From: Phoronis australis
Lineage: Eukaryota > Animalia > Phoronida
Direction of reading: 5' to 3'
Assembly (NCBI GenBank): GCA_002633005.1
Contig: NMRA01000313.1
Coordinates: forward strand, 310,001 to 374,000
Length of the DNA: 64,000 nt
A program made the position numbers and the translations under genes. The notes below the pieces were generated by a model that saw nothing but the letters and a program-made list of their open reading frames with translations, had not been told where the DNA came from and searched no databases. This document shows, one piece after another, positions 28,060 through 43,292 of the stretch. How positions within the stretch are numbered: the stretch's first letter is position 1; the number at the start of each line of letters is the position of its first letter.

Positions 28060-28787
28060 TGTTAGATCACAAAACAGTCGCAACTGCATATGCTATCGCA
28101 ATTCTGAAGTGGTAACAATTTGTACGGACATTTGAAGCATAATCTAATCTTTAAGTTTCATTAATTTGTGGTTTATGGAGTTGCACAAACTGTCGTCGAC
28201 GATGCATGCAGCACTATGAAATCATTGACAGACGACAATAGCTTGCACCCTAGGCCTACATGTCAGTGCTCAGTTTCGATGTTCACTTGTTTTTACACCG
28301 AACCAACACTTCCTTGTCTATTTATTGGAGTCTTCCTTGCCAACATCCCAGTTTCCGCCATCCTTGACGTTCTGTCAACCTTGACATTTGTCACTGTCTT
28401 TCGTCACAGTCATCCTCTTCACTGTTGTCACAATTAAACTATCTTCGATGCCAGTCTCTTCAATCTCTTCGCTCCTAGGTGTGAAGAGGCCCCCTCCATT
28501 TTCCCCTACTGCCCCGGTCGTCGGTCATTTTCATATTTTCGTGGGGGCGCAGAACCAACCATGCATCTTTTAGACATGCACAAACCGTAACTTCTCTCGA
28601 TTGCGACAATTTGTGCTTTGAGGGGCTGTCGCAGTTTGAGGTTACGACAGTTTGCGCAACCCCATTAACGACAAATTGTTGCATAGGAATATTTCGACGG
28701 TTTAGGCTTCGAAGGTTTGTACAAATTGTCACAATTTCAGGATTGCGACAACTATGCATTCGAGATAGTTTGTGGTCTTATAGGGCC
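28060..28787. mobile_element. TIR element with ~140-bp diverged inverted ends
   Basis: 28060-28200 is an inverted homologue of 28640-28787 (tcgcaat.ctgaa.t.gt.acaatttgtac ... gttgc.caaactgtcgt). Confidence 0.65.
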
Positions 28788-31700
28788 ACTTTGATTTGCT
28801 ACCAAACTAACACTGATTAAACAAAATAATAACAAACCTCATAATTAAAAATAAGAGCGACATTTTGTTGATATATTTAATACAACGATGCTGAATACGA
28901 CAAAGGTTTGGCCACACACGCTTGCAGTCAACAAAATGAACTCAATTGGTTCGGATTTGATTTTCGCGGTTTTTTTTCGAATAACGTGCGTGCACTAGTG
29001 CCATGCTGTTCGTAAGCGTAAGGAGCTTTTGATTATTAGCGGTGGGGGTGGGCATTGTACGTCCCCATAAAATGCTCTCCTGGTAGCACTCCGAAAACGT
29101 GGTCTTCTCCATGGGAAGAGAAAGAAGAGGTTTAGGGGTAACCTTGTGAATGAACTGTTAGAAGTGCAGATACCCTATAACGCAATCTAAACTTCCCAAC
29201 GAAAGTTTAAACTTTGTGTGTTGGGAAGATCTGAACGGTGCAAAAGCTTTCTTTTCAGCAGAACTGCGAAGGGATTCATACTTCTTGCACTAAAAAGGCC
29301 AAAGGATTGGGTTTTTTAATTAAATAATCCTTTTGCAGGGGTTAAAACACTTATGTTAAGAAATAAAAGGTACCGTAGAAGTTGTCTAGGGGTAACCGAT
29401 GGGTTCTTTTATGTTTCGTGTTGGCTCTTTAAAAAAGAGTAGCGGCATCCAGTCTCATAGACGCTATAGCAAGCTTATGGGAAATTGTAAGTGCTACCTT
29501 TTACTGACGTGTTACATTTGACTTTGCATACGTCGCTACAGGAATAAATTAAGTAAGTTAATGAAAGAGGTCGCCCCAAAACAGCACTAAAACCTATAAT
29601 ACCAATGATAAATAAAAATTATACATTTTGCACAATTTGCTAAAGAACCCAGAAATCTGATCGTGGCTGGTGCAAATTCCTAATAAAATCTGGTATCGAT
29701 TTTCTAAGGTACAGTGTTATCTGGGACGTTTGAAGCAAAAGTTGGATGACACAGGACTTGTGACATCGCTAGGAAATTGTGACGTAATAAAATCAAATAC
29801 AGTGTCATCAGTGTTCCCTTTGTCTTTGTCTTTATCCCACCTCCTCTGGTGAAGATTTCGCCGAAGACTTCTAAGCGTGAATGAGACTGGTACGCTGTGT
29901 GATTTGCGTTCATTTTCAAGACCATTGCACAAAAAGTCAATCACAGCAACCAGAAGAGGTGTTCACTGTTTTAGTTCATATTTTAATTTTAATAGTAAGA
30001 GTTGAGTTCAAACTTTTCGTGAATTGTTATAAAACAACATTTATTTGTAATTTCGGCCTTGGGGACGGAAACCTATCTCTGCCCACCAACTTTTTGGTAG
30101 TAGGTGCAGCTCGTGCTCGTACGCTTTCTATACACCCGTGTGTTTTCCGTTTAAATGCAGGCAAGACAGAAACACGAGAACCGGAAACTTGGCGACGGGT
30201 TATTCGCGCTCTATATCGTAATTTATGTTCATTGTTTTGAGCGAATGAATTAGTAAGCAAACTGGCATCACATTAAAGCATGGTGTCTGTCATCATTTTC
30301 CCTTTCCGGTAGTAAACTATGGTCGAATCCAACATGCGCGCACTTAGCTTAAAAAGGAGGGGGCTCAATCGAGCCCCCCTGTGTGCGCGCATAGAATCCA
30401 ACCATAGGCTTAATATGTGGACCACGTTCACTGGTCAAAAACTAATCTTTCACAGCCACTTCCCACTCTACTTTCATGTTCGTGTTAATAAATCGCGCCA
30501 ACTCGTCATATCAACTTAACATTGATTTTACTGGCAACAATTAATTAAGTAGAGTTTATATTTCACAATCGTGTTCATTTGCTAGACTGAATAACTGTGT
30601 TTACACGCGCAACATCTCTGCCTTAGTAACATTTATCCGTCAGCTCTTACCAACTGTCTCTGGATATCAATGAATACTGAAAGTCGGGGTATTCATCCAA
30701 TCGATACCACAGCAATCCCCCTAGAGACATCATGAGAATCGATTGTGCGAAATAGCTGCATTTTATTCCCTGATCTACTCCATACGAGATCTGTGTAGCT
30801 AGGATTTTTTTCTGTGAATCCATCAGAAGCTGTCCCACTGAGATGAGTTCTGAAACCGACTTTACAGGAAAATAATCCGTCTCACTTGCCCGTCACGAAT
30901 TATATTTCGGGATGGTTTTAACATTTTACTATTGTTTTTATACCGTATCCTATTAATGGATAGCGCTTTGGGTTTGATGAATGTTGTAAACAGTTCATTT
31001 ACAAATAGATGACTTGCATTCGCTGGCTGTTTTTCATATTTTTTATTTATTAACACGCAACCCCAATTTTTCTTCTCGAATTAAACGAAAAGGGATAACA
31101 AGCTTATATTAAATCGTCATAAATCAGTGGTTCTGTCTCGAACACCAAAGCAATGTGATAGCACGTGAAGTTCTCATTTTTGTTGTTCTATCTGTCCAAA
31201 TTTTGAACGGCCGTCTCTATTTTACAATGTCTTATTCAGTCGTAGAAAATTTTTACATGATTCGGTTACCGCTTTTACTGTCGGGATCAATATAATCTTG
31301 AGCTATTAGCACAAATAGCCTACAATATCGATATTTTGGTCATGAATTTTTAAAGAGGGTGTGCGCGTCTTTTTTGTTCTATTTAACTCAATTGCTTCTA
31401 AGTACACTAACATGTATTTGCTTTGGAACAAATTGCTAAAACCAATTACACCCTTGATATTGTTGGTTGGGGTTAAATTGTTAGATTCCCTCGCTGGAAT
31501 TGCGTATTTACTCTAGCAAAGCTATTATTATCAAAACTGTGGTGATTAACAAATGCGCAGAGTCTAAATTTGTTTCTAATGCTGTGAGCACTTGAACATA
31601 CATAGTCTAAAAATTAGCAGTACAGTTAAAACCGTCGCTCATACCTAATGTGCCAGTGTTCACTGATTAATGTTAAAGAATGGAATTGGTCATGGATAAG

Positions 31701-34234
31701 TTATGTTAAACATGCGATAATATGTAGGGCAAGCAGACTGTAACACTGTTAGCTACAAACTAGTCCACCTGCTTGAAGATAAGTGAGCATAACACCGGTG
31801 TGAGAGCTTGCGAACACGTCATCTTGGGGCACGACTCGGATCACGTTATCGTCATGGAATATCGTTTCGCCAGGTCCTAGTGGGTGTGTCCCGTGAGGTG
31901 TAATGGGCGTTATTCTGGATGGTTTTCAGTAGAAGACCACAATGAACACGAATTATCTAATACACACCCACATTGGAGAATAAATGCACGCTATTAGGCG
32001 CGTTGTAACACTTGTTATCAATTGTTTGGTGCGTTGTCGACTTGTTCGTAAGTTCCGACACTGTTGGTACAGATCATCAGGTAGGCCGATGTGAATTGTT
32101 TTAGTTCATTTCAACGAAGATTTGGAAAACTCTAACAAATACCTCTAATCAAGAACCGTTTATTGTGTCAGTCGTGTATAAAAAATTATTCTGTTTTTGT
32201 ATTCGTTAAAGGATTCAGTTGTAAACCAGGTTCTTGCGACAAAAAATTAAAGTTCTTCAGAAGCGTTGCTGATCTTCCCGAACAATGCCATCGTCTTCCA
32301 ATTTTGTTGCTAGGAAACACCAGGAATACTCTTGACAACCAAATGGTTTTGATGGCTGAAAATTACCCGCCGTGACAAGTTGCTGATTTGAAGCAATAAC
32401 CAGTTCCAAGCTAGAAATTATTTCTATTCTGAGTAAGGAACAAGATTAGGTCTATTTTGTAAGGGCAATTTTAGCCATTATTGGACTTACAACTGCGCAA
32501 TTCTATGCATGCAAGGCCCTGCTGCAAACTAACCATCACTGAACATGCCTTTCGAAGTATACCCAGCGAATACAGATAAAATAAAGTAAATGTCAGTTGC
32601 TCTATTAAAAATAATCAAGAAATCAGATATTTTGTCAATTTACGTCCAATATTTGTTGTCGGCGGAACGCGAATTTATCCAGGCAGTCAGGATTTACAGT
32701 CACAGTGGGGTTGTACATGTGCTAGTACACCACACTACTTGGTTACAGACTATTAGTCGTATTCAAAGCCACCCTTAAACCTGTTGAGAGCTGGCTATTT
32801 GTAAAAAATAAATCTGCGTCTACCGTTACAACCTTTGTAGAGTATGCTTGATATTGAAATGCTAAAGCTCTCGTTTGCCTACGATCAGCAAGGTCGAGAA
32901 GCCTTCATCAGAATGAGTTATCAATGTCGTGTTTTTAAATGCTTGACGACGGTTAATTGATAGATTGAGTTCGAATAGACCGGTGCTTCATATTGACGTC
33001 ATTTCCTAATCAATCTATCTTCAGGTGTATTGAAAGACTTCGTGTGCGAAGTGTCAATCGGGTAGTTTTTGTTTCCGGATCCTTTTTGCGTCAATGTTCT
33101 TATTCTAAATTAGCTCACGCTAAAGGTAAATACGGAATACAGTAAGTCAGCGAATGAGCTTAAGTGAACACACATTTCACTGGAGCACTATTGGCTGAGA
33201 ATAGTGAGTCAGTTCGATTCTGTGGCTAATCATTTGATGACGAAACATTCACATTCGTCAAGCCATAGGCCTATGTTGAGCTGTTAATATTCCTGTACAG
33301 TGCCTCGTTTCAGTATTTTTTCTAACTGAACAAAAACCAAGTAAATGGAACATGCACAAGCAGACTTGCATGTCCATGGATTAGCTCGTCATTTGTTTAA
33401 GCCTTACTGACTGACTCAGTGACACGAGCTCTTTTCACGATCATGTCCGAAAATTTGGTGTCTGAACGGGCGGTGGGCGGCTGGCCATTTACATCGCAAA
33501 CGTGAGCTTGCGAGCTCATTAAATTTTTCGGGACGTATGTTGAACATAAATGATATTGCAGATCGATTGTGTGCGTCTTAGGGAACTGATTTTAGACAAT
33601 GCACGTTAATCATATTAAAGCTGTTCCGGAAACTAGGTCTTAACCGTAGTGTGTTTACGTTTGGTACGTTTGTAAGTAATTTTCCATTTTTAGTTTTAGC
33701 TATTCAATGGGAAACGCAGAAGTAGGCCTCCATGAGTATTTGGTTTATGCAAATTATGACGTCTGATATCGTTAATCTTACGCGCACGCACAATGCTATA
33801 GACTTCTTTTGCGCATTCATAAATTGTTCTTGGTGTTTCAGTTGTACAGGAAATATTGATAAACTGTACATGTCTAATAAAACATTTAATTACAATCAAT
33901 AAACCTGCTTAGCTGATAAATCCTCCAATTACATTGAACGTAATCTTCGACTGGCTTACAGTCATTAGTCTAGAGCACGTCGATAGCCGATGGACAACCC
34001 ATTTAATTAAATTTGCCCCAAATCTCTCCGGATTACCCATTGTCAATATACAGTTCCGCATATAGTGATTGCCAGACACGCTGAAAACTCTCGATTGACC
34101 GAGTCTCGTTAATAGTCACCGCAACAACAGGGCGACCCGAACCGACAAGGCCGGTGTACATGTTACGTGTAAATGGTTGACTCTTGTTCACTTCTTTACA
34201 GATTTCTCAAGACCGATCCATTCGACTGAGCGTC

Positions 34235-34834
34235 ATGCCCGAGCAAAGCAACGACTACCGGGTCGTGGTGTTCGGTGCGGGCGGCGTGGGTAAAAGTTCT
34301 CTGGTTCTACGCTTCGTGAAGGGCACGTTTAGGGAGAGCTATATCCCAACAATAGAGGATACCTATAGACAAGTAATCAGCTGCAATAAACAAGTGTGTA
34401 CGCTTCAAATCACGGACACGACGGGAAGTCATCAATTCCCAGCTATGCAACGACTGTCAATATCGAAAGGACACGCCTTTATCTTGGTGTATTCCATTGC
34501 CAGCAAGCAATCGTTGGAGGAGCTCAAGCCTATCATGCAAGAAATTTTAGAAATAAAAGGCGATGTAGAAAAAATTCCCATCATGCTTGTGGGAAATAAA
34601 TGTGACGAAACGGCGCGTGAGACCACAGAAAGTTTTGGGCGGCAGGTGGCAAAATCGTGGAACTGTGCATTTATGGAAACGTCAGCGAAAACGAATCATA
34701 ACGTTAAGGAAATGTTCGAGGAGCTGTTGAACTTGGAAACAAGGCGAGCTATCAGCTTACAGCCGGCTGACAGCAAAAAATCTAAATCAGATAAACGGAA
34801 GGAGAAATTAAAAGGGAAGTGTGTTGTGCAGTGA
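34235..34834 (+). CDS. DIRAS: GTP-binding protein Di-Ras (DIRAS1/2-like Ras-family small GTPase), 199 aa, single main coding exon
   Basis: [23 protein letters not shown]-terminus; effector YIPTIEDTY; Di-Ras-specific G3 DTTGSHQF; NKCD; ETSAK; basic tail and CaaX CVVQ. A splice acceptor (ttgttcacttctttacag) ends at 34201 just upstream. Confidence 0.97.
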   Translation: MPEQSNDYRVVVFGAGGVGKSSLVLRFVKGTFRESYIPTIEDTYRQVISCNKQVCTLQITDTTGSHQFPAMQRLSISKGHAFILVYSIASKQSLEELKPIMQEILEIKGDVEKIPIMLVGNKCDETARETTESFGRQVAKSWNCAFMETSAKTNHNVKEMFEELLNLETRRAISLQPADSKKSKSDKRKEKLKGKCVVQ

Positions 34835-36290
34835 TGGGACGTGGTGGTTAAAAGGTCTTCAACCACAACGTCTGGTACATCACTCGAGTGTTAAGTTGAG
34901 GCTCCACGGCCGGCTGTACTTATGCTGAACAAAAGAAGTTTGCGGGCGATTTTTGTCATCTAGCTCCCAAATTTGTAGCACGAACGAGTGCTGTGTGTAG
35001 ATTCAGTCGAGAATTGCGTTATGTCGTGCGGGAGTGTTACAGTCGTAGTCACCATAATGGCGCAATGTCTTGTGTTGTATTTCCTAAGCAACATCACTGG
35101 AGGTCGCACAGTTCGCGAGACTCATGGCAAAACTGTACACACAAGTGAAAGTATTGCTTTCAGCTAGAGAGTCTCGTTATGAAACGAGAACAGTGCAAAT
35201 GACCGTCACTGAAAAGTGCAAGTAAAGGAAAACATTGACTTTTTCTGGTGCACTTGTCAAGCAAAACATCATGTCTTGTGAAAGCCTTGTTAATTTCATA
35301 CAAATCCATAAACATTGGTTCGCTCTGCCTCACGGATGTTTGCATTGACGTGCACCCTGCAGCCTGAACACAAGAACCCCGCACGTGTTACCTCTGAAAC
35401 CAACACTGAACGTTAGACGTATAAATGTGTGGAAAACCTGTGAGGAAGCCTAAGCATTTAAAAGTTTCATCATAAATATAAAGCTGGTGTGGACAGTGAT
35501 TTAAAGCATTTCCAACCGTTTGTTTAAGACAGGGATATTTCTGACCGGGTTTGAACCTGTGCCCTTTGGGCGCACCTGATGATAAAAAGTGTGCCTTTTT
35601 CAAAAAGATGTGACCACCAGACTTAGAAACTGTAATTATAGTGGTGACATATGAAACAGAAACCCCAAGGGCAATCGAAATAAGAACAGAGTCAGGATTT
35701 ACCCGACTGGCTGTAAGTTGACTAGGGCCTTGCATTTTGGAAGAGTGTTGCGTTTTAAAAGATGCACCGGGGGGCGCACTGCTGCAATGTACTTGCGCCT
35801 TTTTATTTTTCATGCACGAATGGCGCAAAGGCGCAGTCTAGGAATATCCCTGTTACGAGGTTACTTCTCGGTACGAAATAATGACCGATTACCCCAACTC
35901 ATTGCATTGGCAACTTAGAAATTCAGTCAAGTTTTACCCCCGTGAATCTGAAAACGTATGCTGATTTCCCGCGGTAAAATTTGACTAGGCCCTCCATCGA
36001 GTCAGCGTTTACGCGTTGTCTCGTGCATTCACGCTCTGTTGGCTGCCATGAGCAGTTTATAAGGATGTATAATGTAATAAGAAAATGTGAAATTGTCATG
36101 GACAACTGAATAGTCCCCCCGCCCTCATGTTTGATGTACTTAGTAGCATAATATCGGCGGGATTGCATGTCCAGTTGAATTATTTCAAATGAAGACGGTC
36201 TTTTAAAAATTCTGTATTGCTGCCGAATATACCCGGTCACCCAGACTTTGCTCTAAACTGAGGAGATCTGTTAGTTGAGATACCAGCCAG

Positions 36291-36432
36291 ACGTTCAGTA
36301 ACGTTAGGACTTCGCTAAAAAGTAAGACTTCGTGAGATTACGTGAGATATTGCCGTGTATTTTAAATAAGAACACGTGATTTTGGATAGATTTTAGCGGA
36401 GTCCTAGCGAAGGTCCTAGCGTTACTGAACTC
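36291..36432. mobile_element. ~140-bp MITE, subfamily A (in putative DIRAS 3' UTR)
   Basis: gttcagtaacgttaggacttcgct ... aggtcctagcgttactgaactc. Confidence 0.75.
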
Positions 36433-38758
36433 TATCTAAGTCGCTTTGGAATACTGAACACTGTGCGATACGTTCAGCGATATTACACCTATCAAAGCTA
36501 TTAAAATACCCATATGAGCAAATTCTTTAAAAATTCGTCTACTGCTGAAAGCCGTTTTTAGATGGCGCGCACGTGTCTTCTTGTTTTAGACTTTACGTAA
36601 AACAATTTATGTAAAATAATCTATTTTCGACTTTTTCCCAATTAACACCCAGCATAGATGCTAAATACTGTAGGCTGCAGTTCATGAGTAATTACGCATA
36701 CCGGTGCGTACCGTGCACGCCAGTAGTTAAGTTTAGTCATTACTCTACCCCCCCCCCCCCCNGAGCCAGTCTAATTGTTACTAATTGCAGTGCAGGAATA
36801 ACTTTAGGAGCGCGCCGCGTCATTGGCGCAAAAGTACATTCATTGGCGCGCTGTGCTTGCTTAGCTCGGGCCATCAGGCACTTAAAACTGTAAGTCGAAG
36901 AGGGTCAGTTCACCCATACCCACGTTTCTCTAAAAAGACTCCTGAACTGTATTACGCCTTTGCCAGAAATAAAAGTTGGACACTCTTGTTCCATTAAATT
37001 TGCCTGATGCCTTTAACAAATTAATGGTGAATCAGAAGGTCCTTTGGCGACAGACGATTGCCTTGGAAGTAGATGATGCTTGAATAATATCCGAGTTGTT
37101 ACTTGCCCGCCGTTCTTTTTGTTTTTGGGTTTCTATTTTCCAATAGCATGGTTTGTGTTTGAAGACCTTGGGGAGTCGACTAGATTTTAATGGGGGTGCA
37201 GTTGGAAAATTGGTATCGTTTCATTTAGATAGTGAACTCAAAAGGCTACCATTTCATGAAGCTTCTGGTCTGAAAACGCCTCGCCCACCCTTTTTGTAGG
37301 GATTAACTGCATAAACGAAATCCTTTCCTTAGGATTCTTGGACAGTTGAATTTTTAACTATGAAGCCTGAAACAGTACAAGAAAAGATGTCATGTCGTCA
37401 AAAATGGTTACATTTTCCAACCACTGACTTAAAAATATATCTTACATTAAAAGCCCTTCTTGTTAAAAAGACTCGATTTCGGAAAGAAACGGTTATAGTG
37501 AAATATCTCACTTCTGAGCGGCATGTCCCTTTTATGTTTTCACCCCCCAACCCCATTTCAAGGTGCCTGGCTATTATTTATAGACCCGTCTTGCGCCTAT
37601 CATTTTTCTGTCTTTGATGGATAGAAACGTTTCTTTTACAGTGGATAGTGGATACGATTGATGCAAAAAGGCGATGTTTTTCTTTTTTGTAAACACACCG
37701 TGAATTCAGAGATGTGGGCGTTTTAGGGTTATCTTATTCCTGTAGAAATAGTTGACTGCCGAAAATTTTCCCGCACTCGACACTTCCTGTTTAGTCGAAC
37801 ACTGATAACTTCTTGATGTGCCAGTCATCAATGGTTGTACTTGATTGTCTTCGCCGATTTCACTACGTCAACCGGCTAAGACATCTGATTGGTCTGTAAT
37901 TCGGAAGTAGTCATCAAGAACCAATCCGATGTCTCAGCCGGTTGGCGCGACGGAACCGGTGAAGTCAACCAAGTGTGCCCAAGATCTTATCTTATAGTAG
38001 AAAATATGTATATATTTATTGCGTGTAGAGTTCACCTCGAAATCTCAAGAATTTGTAAAATGTGTATAGACACTTGCAATATAACTCCTGTTTTGCAACT
38101 TTACATGTTTTCTTGAACACTTCCTGCTTCATGTATCCACACCAACATTTGCATGGAGTGTCGCTGGTGATGAACAAAAGATTAAACACCACTACAAATC
38201 GGAACTGCTAAAGTTTCTCGACCCGAGTTTGGTAAATAAGAGGGTTAAAATTCAAACCAAACAGATTTTTTTAATGTTGTACATCGAAACTAGACGTAAT
38301 CTTTAATCCCGCCATAAAAAATCCCAAAAGCCGCATGTCTGCATCCTATATTAATAATCGCTGAAAAAATAATGGGTGTCCCAATAAAAGATTGACCACC
38401 AAATGTTAATGATCCTTAAGATGTTTGTGAAAGAAATCAAATCTGAAAACTCGTGAAATCCTGTCCATGTTGTATTCCAAATCAATAAAAATGGTGAACG
38501 ACAGTATTCAGCCACATCAAATTGTTATTATTGATTGGAAATATAAAGAAAACGTCATGCAAAGACGGAATATCTGGCTATAAATTTTTAGGAGTATCAC
38601 TTGCGACGTTTGTTATCTCGTTGGTCTGTTCCTAAACCAAAGTCATTGAATCAACTTTTTAGTATTAAACGTTTTTCGTAAAAGAAACATTGAAAGCGCT
38701 GCCACTCTTTTGCAAAGACGTCCCCCATTGGCTGAAGCTTCGCACTTACGCACTACTT

Positions 38759-38897
38759 TCAGTATTCCTCCTCCTCATCTAACACGTCTTCGGCCTCCGC
38801 AGAGTCCATCCCGACTTCCTCATAATCTTTTTCAAGGGCTGCCATATCCTCGCGTGCTTCAGCAAACTCGCCCTCCTCCATCCCTTCGCCTACATAC
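38759..38897 (-). CDS. TUBA: alpha-tubulin gene A, exon 5 (last)
   Basis: cag|(W)[45 protein letters not shown]; spliced CDS totals 1365 nt = 454 aa + stop. Confidence 0.95.
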
Positions 38898-39909
38898 CTG
38901 AATTTTTTATTGAAAATGAAAACATCAAATGCAAAGTAAATGCAACGTCATTCTCTACGTAAGTCGGGGTCTTCACTTCAAGCTGAATACAACACCTTGC
39001 ATGGTTATAATATAAAAAGATCTACGTTTCATTCATATGCAAGAAAGAATGAAAGAAAGTTCATAACGTAATTATTTCAATTACCGTTAATTGTTAATGA
39101 CCTGGAAATGTCACAGAGGAAAGTTCGTTTCGAAATGTTCCTAAAATAAATAGCTATTTCGATGCTCGTTAGGCTTTAACCTTTGTATTTTTCAGCGACC
39201 TTGTCAAATTAGTTGTGTATATTTGATCAATAATTAGCACTCGGTAGTTAATTGATTAACATCGCCATTTACCTTTTCACGATAGAGGGGGCGTCGTGTG
39301 GGCAGTGGATTATGCAAATCTTTTTTCACAGCAGACGATACACAAACACTTCCAGTCACCAAGAGGCGGGAAAGAAGGATATCGCTTACCGTTTATACGC
39401 TCATTTAGGCCCACGCGCCTTTATGTGAAGCACGTGTGAGTGAATGTTGATTTATGCGATATAAAACGATAGATGTTGACATATCCAAACGAACGTTTCC
39501 ATGGTAAGGGTTATTATGAGACCGATTTCGTGACGGTAAAAGACCCAATTCGATTTTCAGTTTTTAGTCAGCTAAACTGGGATAAATGGAGCTAACTAAT
39601 TGAAAAGTACAATTTGGCATAAGACATGAGTATATGCAAGAAACACTTGACTATGGCTACAAGTGAAGCTTAGAACCATGTGCTCGCTTGACCAAAGTTA
39701 TTTTTCCGAAAAAACGCATTACTTCGGCTACAAGCCAATATGAGTTTAAATTGGAACGTAAGAGCAAATAACGATACTCTGGGAAGCAATTTCCGTCAAT
39801 AGATAGGCCTACATATACACGCAATACATTATCCATAATGCAAGTTGATTAAAGAAGAAACGCTTCCACGAAAAGGATGGCAAACCACCAGCGCCACCTA
39901 TTGTGCTTA

Positions 39910-40074
<165 letters not shown>

Positions 40075-41607
40075 CTATAGGTACGAAATGAGTTGCAGAT
40101 CCGTAGGAAGGTAAACAATACAGGATGGCACAAACTAATTTTACCAACTTTTACTCCAGATTTCAGATTCTTACGCATCNCGACGATCGTCAGCAGTTTC
40201 GCAAGTCTCGAGCTGGTATGTGCGAAACACTAAACGCTTATCTGCGCATGTCAAAACAAAGCTGATAAGCGATGTGGGTAAAAAGTTATCAATTTAAGAG
40301 AAGCCCGATTTTTCGGTTTACCGACAGCTCTATTTGCGGTCGCTTCTAAACGAAACTTGCATCTAAATGTATAGCACGACCAACCTTGCGTAAGTTTTCA
40401 CCACTTACTACGACATTCATTGACATCTACCTTGTCCGTTACAGCCATTTAGAAGAAACACCGTCTAGTGAACGCCATTTTCTTGCACCACTCTCTCGCT
40501 TTTATAACAACATGAAAGAATCAGCAAGTGTTGTGATTGGTGCGCAAATTTGCAATGAGATTAATTTTGGTCAGATTTTGTTTTCCACACTTTTGACCCA
40601 AATCGTTCCGAAACTGTACATTTAAACAGCTTTGCACCAAGACTAGCGAAGCACTTGCCTTCCGTAATCTTGCGTGATCTTGCCAAATTGGCAAAATACT
40701 CTCGCGTTATTATCATTTTAGAAGTACGCAGGAAGTTAACCAAATATCCATGAGGTAACACGCTGCTCTCAAGATGTCCCTTGAAAATCCGTAGCAAGGA
40801 GCTTGGGACAAGATACATGTGTTCCACGAACTGCATGCCTTCGCAAAGTGTTTTGCGTTTGAAAAATAAGATGATGTCATCACTGCAGCTGAAACTTTGT
40901 GGCAACGATGAGCTTTGCAAGTGACGTATGTCTACACCCAGCACTGGGATGCATAAAACTTCAGAACTTTTCAGCTAGATGTGTCTGATTCCTGGGATTT
41001 CATATGCGGCAAATTTATCTCAATTTAGCGGTGCTGATGTCGTTTTTCAAATGCATTGTGGGAAGGTTGCCGGCTCGTAAACATCAGGTGACACTTGACG
41101 ACTTGTAAACAGTATGGCGGAAAACGACACTTGTCATTTGTGCTCACCATAATTGAAAACACTGGTCCGCGGGTTTTTGTGAACGAATATAACTAGCCTA
41201 AACAACCATCATATAAGGTAAAACTTGAGAGGGATTCTTGAAATGCATCAAATGAACACATAGGTATCTAACAAAATGTTTAGATCGAAAAATTCTCGAG
41301 GTAGGCGCAGTCCGATCGCGCTGAAATAAATCTTACCCATGGGCGGCACAGCATTGAAAAAAGTGGGGGGCCTAGCCCCCAGCCCCCCCTGTGGTGCGCC
41401 GCCCATGTCACCGTCTAAAACGCCGAGTGTGGCAATATGTGTCGTTAAAGTCGATACATATTGTCGCCAGGGGGACATATGTGTCTAGTGCGACAATACA
41501 TATCACAACACAACGTTCCGTATACCCAAGAAATTCTGGCACCAACATAACGCAGCCCACATCGCCACGTTTTCAATGATTTCAACGGATGTTTACGAGT
41601 CGACAAC

Positions 41608-41685
41608 CGTCCCAGAATGCATTTGAAAAACGTCAGCAACGCCGCGCCGTCCCAGAATGCATTTGAAAAACGTCAGCAACGCCGC
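41608..41685 (+). repeat. Two-copy 39-bp tandem repeat
   Basis: cgtcccagaatgcatttgaaaaacgtcagcaacgccgc twice. Confidence 0.9.
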
Positions 41686-42004
41686 AGATGAAATCCCCTT
41701 CATTGCTACATGACGTCAAGTACAGCGTTCAACAATAGCAACGTGATAATGTGAGGTCGTGCTGTCCGGCGTATAACATCCATGCATCCGGGCACAGTCG
41801 GTCGCATCTTGTACAGAATATACATTACCTGCGCTAAGACATGGCACAGCGCCAAAAAAGATTTGTTCAAGTCATTTAACTTCTTAATTTGGTGAAGCTT
41901 TTCGTTAAAAAGTTCGAAAATATTTGGCTTGCCAGTTAATTGTAATGCTTTCACGTATACGATTGTCGATTTTAGTTCTTTGTATTGTTTTTAAGTATTT
42001 CCTA

Positions 42005-42865
<861 letters not shown>

Positions 42866-43292
42866 TTAAAAGTAAAAACGTTTCTTTTTGCAGTTTCAGG
42901 ATTTTGGTGAATAGAAATTAGAAAGGTAAAATAAAAAGCAAAGATTGAAAAAATGGAACCAGATTTAATGTCAGTATTTCCCGGCACAGTTTTTTAAAGA
43001 TAAGCCACCTCTTTTGTTATCGCCTATTAAAACATTCGCAAGAAGGGTCTTAGTTTGGCTATGAATTATCTTATCCACCAATGCGAACTAGGACAGTAAC
43101 ATTGATGATATCAGGAAGACATTACCTTCCTAATGATATTACTGTGTTGTTTTACAATGTGTATATCGACCATACCCTACAAGGTGACCCAAAACACCGA
43201 GCCCATTAAATTTCATTAATCACACACTAATCAATTTACGTTTATTATTAAAATTTAGACTGTTATGCAGAATTCTGTGGGATTGTTTTTAA

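Noticed and set aside
34184-34234. ORF-track TTG start extending DIRAS (MFTSLQ...)
   Set aside because: 34184-34201 is a polypyrimidine tract and AG splice acceptor; TTG initiation is not expected in this eukaryotic context.
41608-41685. CRISPR-like direct repeats
   Set aside because: Two abutting copies with no spacer, eukaryotic intron, no cas genes.
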